Positions 63,677-64,000 of a stretch of 64,000 bases of DNA are shown here, piece by piece. The notes under the pieces were generated by a model. That model was not told where the DNA came from, searched no databases, and saw only the letters and a list, made by a program, of their open reading frames with translations. The stretch is taken from IMG/VR virus record IMGVR_UViG_3300049215_000771, positions 186,001 to 250,000 of that record; one strand, given 5' to 3'. The first letter of the stretch is position 1; each line of letters starts with the position of its first letter. A program made the translations under genes and the position numbers.

Positions 63677-63738
63677 TTGATCCTTTACAAACAGCCTTGG
63701 AGATGATACCCCGTTTCCGGCTGTTTGTAAAGGATCAA
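63677..63738 (-). promoter_or_regulatory. 20-bp hairpin occluding the lysS SD, with an embedded sigma70 promoter
   Basis: perfect IR 63677-96/63719-38; TTTACA(63731-26)-N17-TATCAT(63708-03) on - strand. Confidence 0.8.
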
Positions 63739-63744
63739 CGGGGA

Positions 63745-64000
63745 TTACTCGAACGTGTATGTCACGCCAACGTCGTACTTGAGTTCAGGGATGCCGATGT
63801 GGGTGCAAAGGTTATGTTTTTTCGCCTCCTTCGCCGTCAGATACCACTCGGCGTGGCCCTTGTCATGGATGATCTCGGTGAAATAGTTGTCGGGTTTGCC
63901 AACATTCTTCGAGATGATGGAGAAGATCAATTTATGCAATCTTTCCGTCTCCTTGGTGTCGGCTTTAACTTCTTCGACCTTTCCCCAGGAGGCGCTGGAA
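63745..64000 (-). CDS. clpP: ClpP-like protease C-terminus (5' partial)
   Basis: WG...E...D..E.ERL ... G ... EWYLTA.EA..H.L...IG. Confidence 0.7.
   Translation of the reverse strand, partial: SSASWGKVEEVKADTKETERLHKLIFSIISKNVGKPDNYFTEIIHDKGHAEWYLTAKEAKKHNLCTHIGIPELKYDVGVTYTFE

Noticed and set aside
1-64000. Bacterial chromosome fragment (because of rplL, tyrS, lysS, clpP, pyrD)
   Set aside because: These genes are isolated among more than 100 short hypothetical ORFs with no operon context, alongside a gp21-like gene and T4-late-like boxes.
1-64000. Stop-codon reassignment, as in some huge phages
   Set aside because: Recognisable genes (LysRS, TyrRS, RuvB-like, PAPS reductase) are uninterrupted in the standard code, and TAA, TGA and TAG all serve as coupled stops.

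Overview
Best read as a 64-kb slice of a very large T4-like (jumbo) bacteriophage, probably infecting a Planctomycetota host. This is inferred from a T4 gp21-like prohead protease paralogue, T4-late-like promoters, and planctomycete-type TIGR02996-, TIGR03067- and CAP-like domains. There are three blocks. (1) 1-26.7 kb: dense + strand small hypothetical genes plus a ribosomal bL12 C-terminus, a ~580-nt structured intergenic RNA candidate, a 2H phosphoesterase, a CAP lipoprotein, a prokaryotic E2-D-like protein and a PAPS-reductase-family gene. (2) ~26.8-47.7 kb: a visibly GC-richer module beginning at a sharp C-to-G strand-skew switch. About 40 small genes sit in cassettes delimited by two repeated regulatory elements: 19 copies of GAACCT-N15/16-GTCT, many with a co-varying hairpin, and ~22 copies or half-copies of a GGTACAAA-N23-TTTGTACC palindrome. 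It carries RuvB-like, ArdA-like, permuted GHKL, AT-hook and SAM-lyase-like genes and several structured RNAs, including a 172-nt tRNA-like RNA. (3) 47.7-64 kb: mostly - strand genes, including DHODH, putative virion proteins, TyrRS, LysRS, two stand-alone PrkA C-terminal domains and ClpP. Two genome-wide signals stand out: a shared C-terminal RSIDD(P/D)W peptide on six proteins of five unrelated families, and leaderless TA(A/C/T)ATA-N5-ATG late genes with T4 capsid-targeting-like N-termini. All family calls come from recognising motifs by eye; no database search was run.
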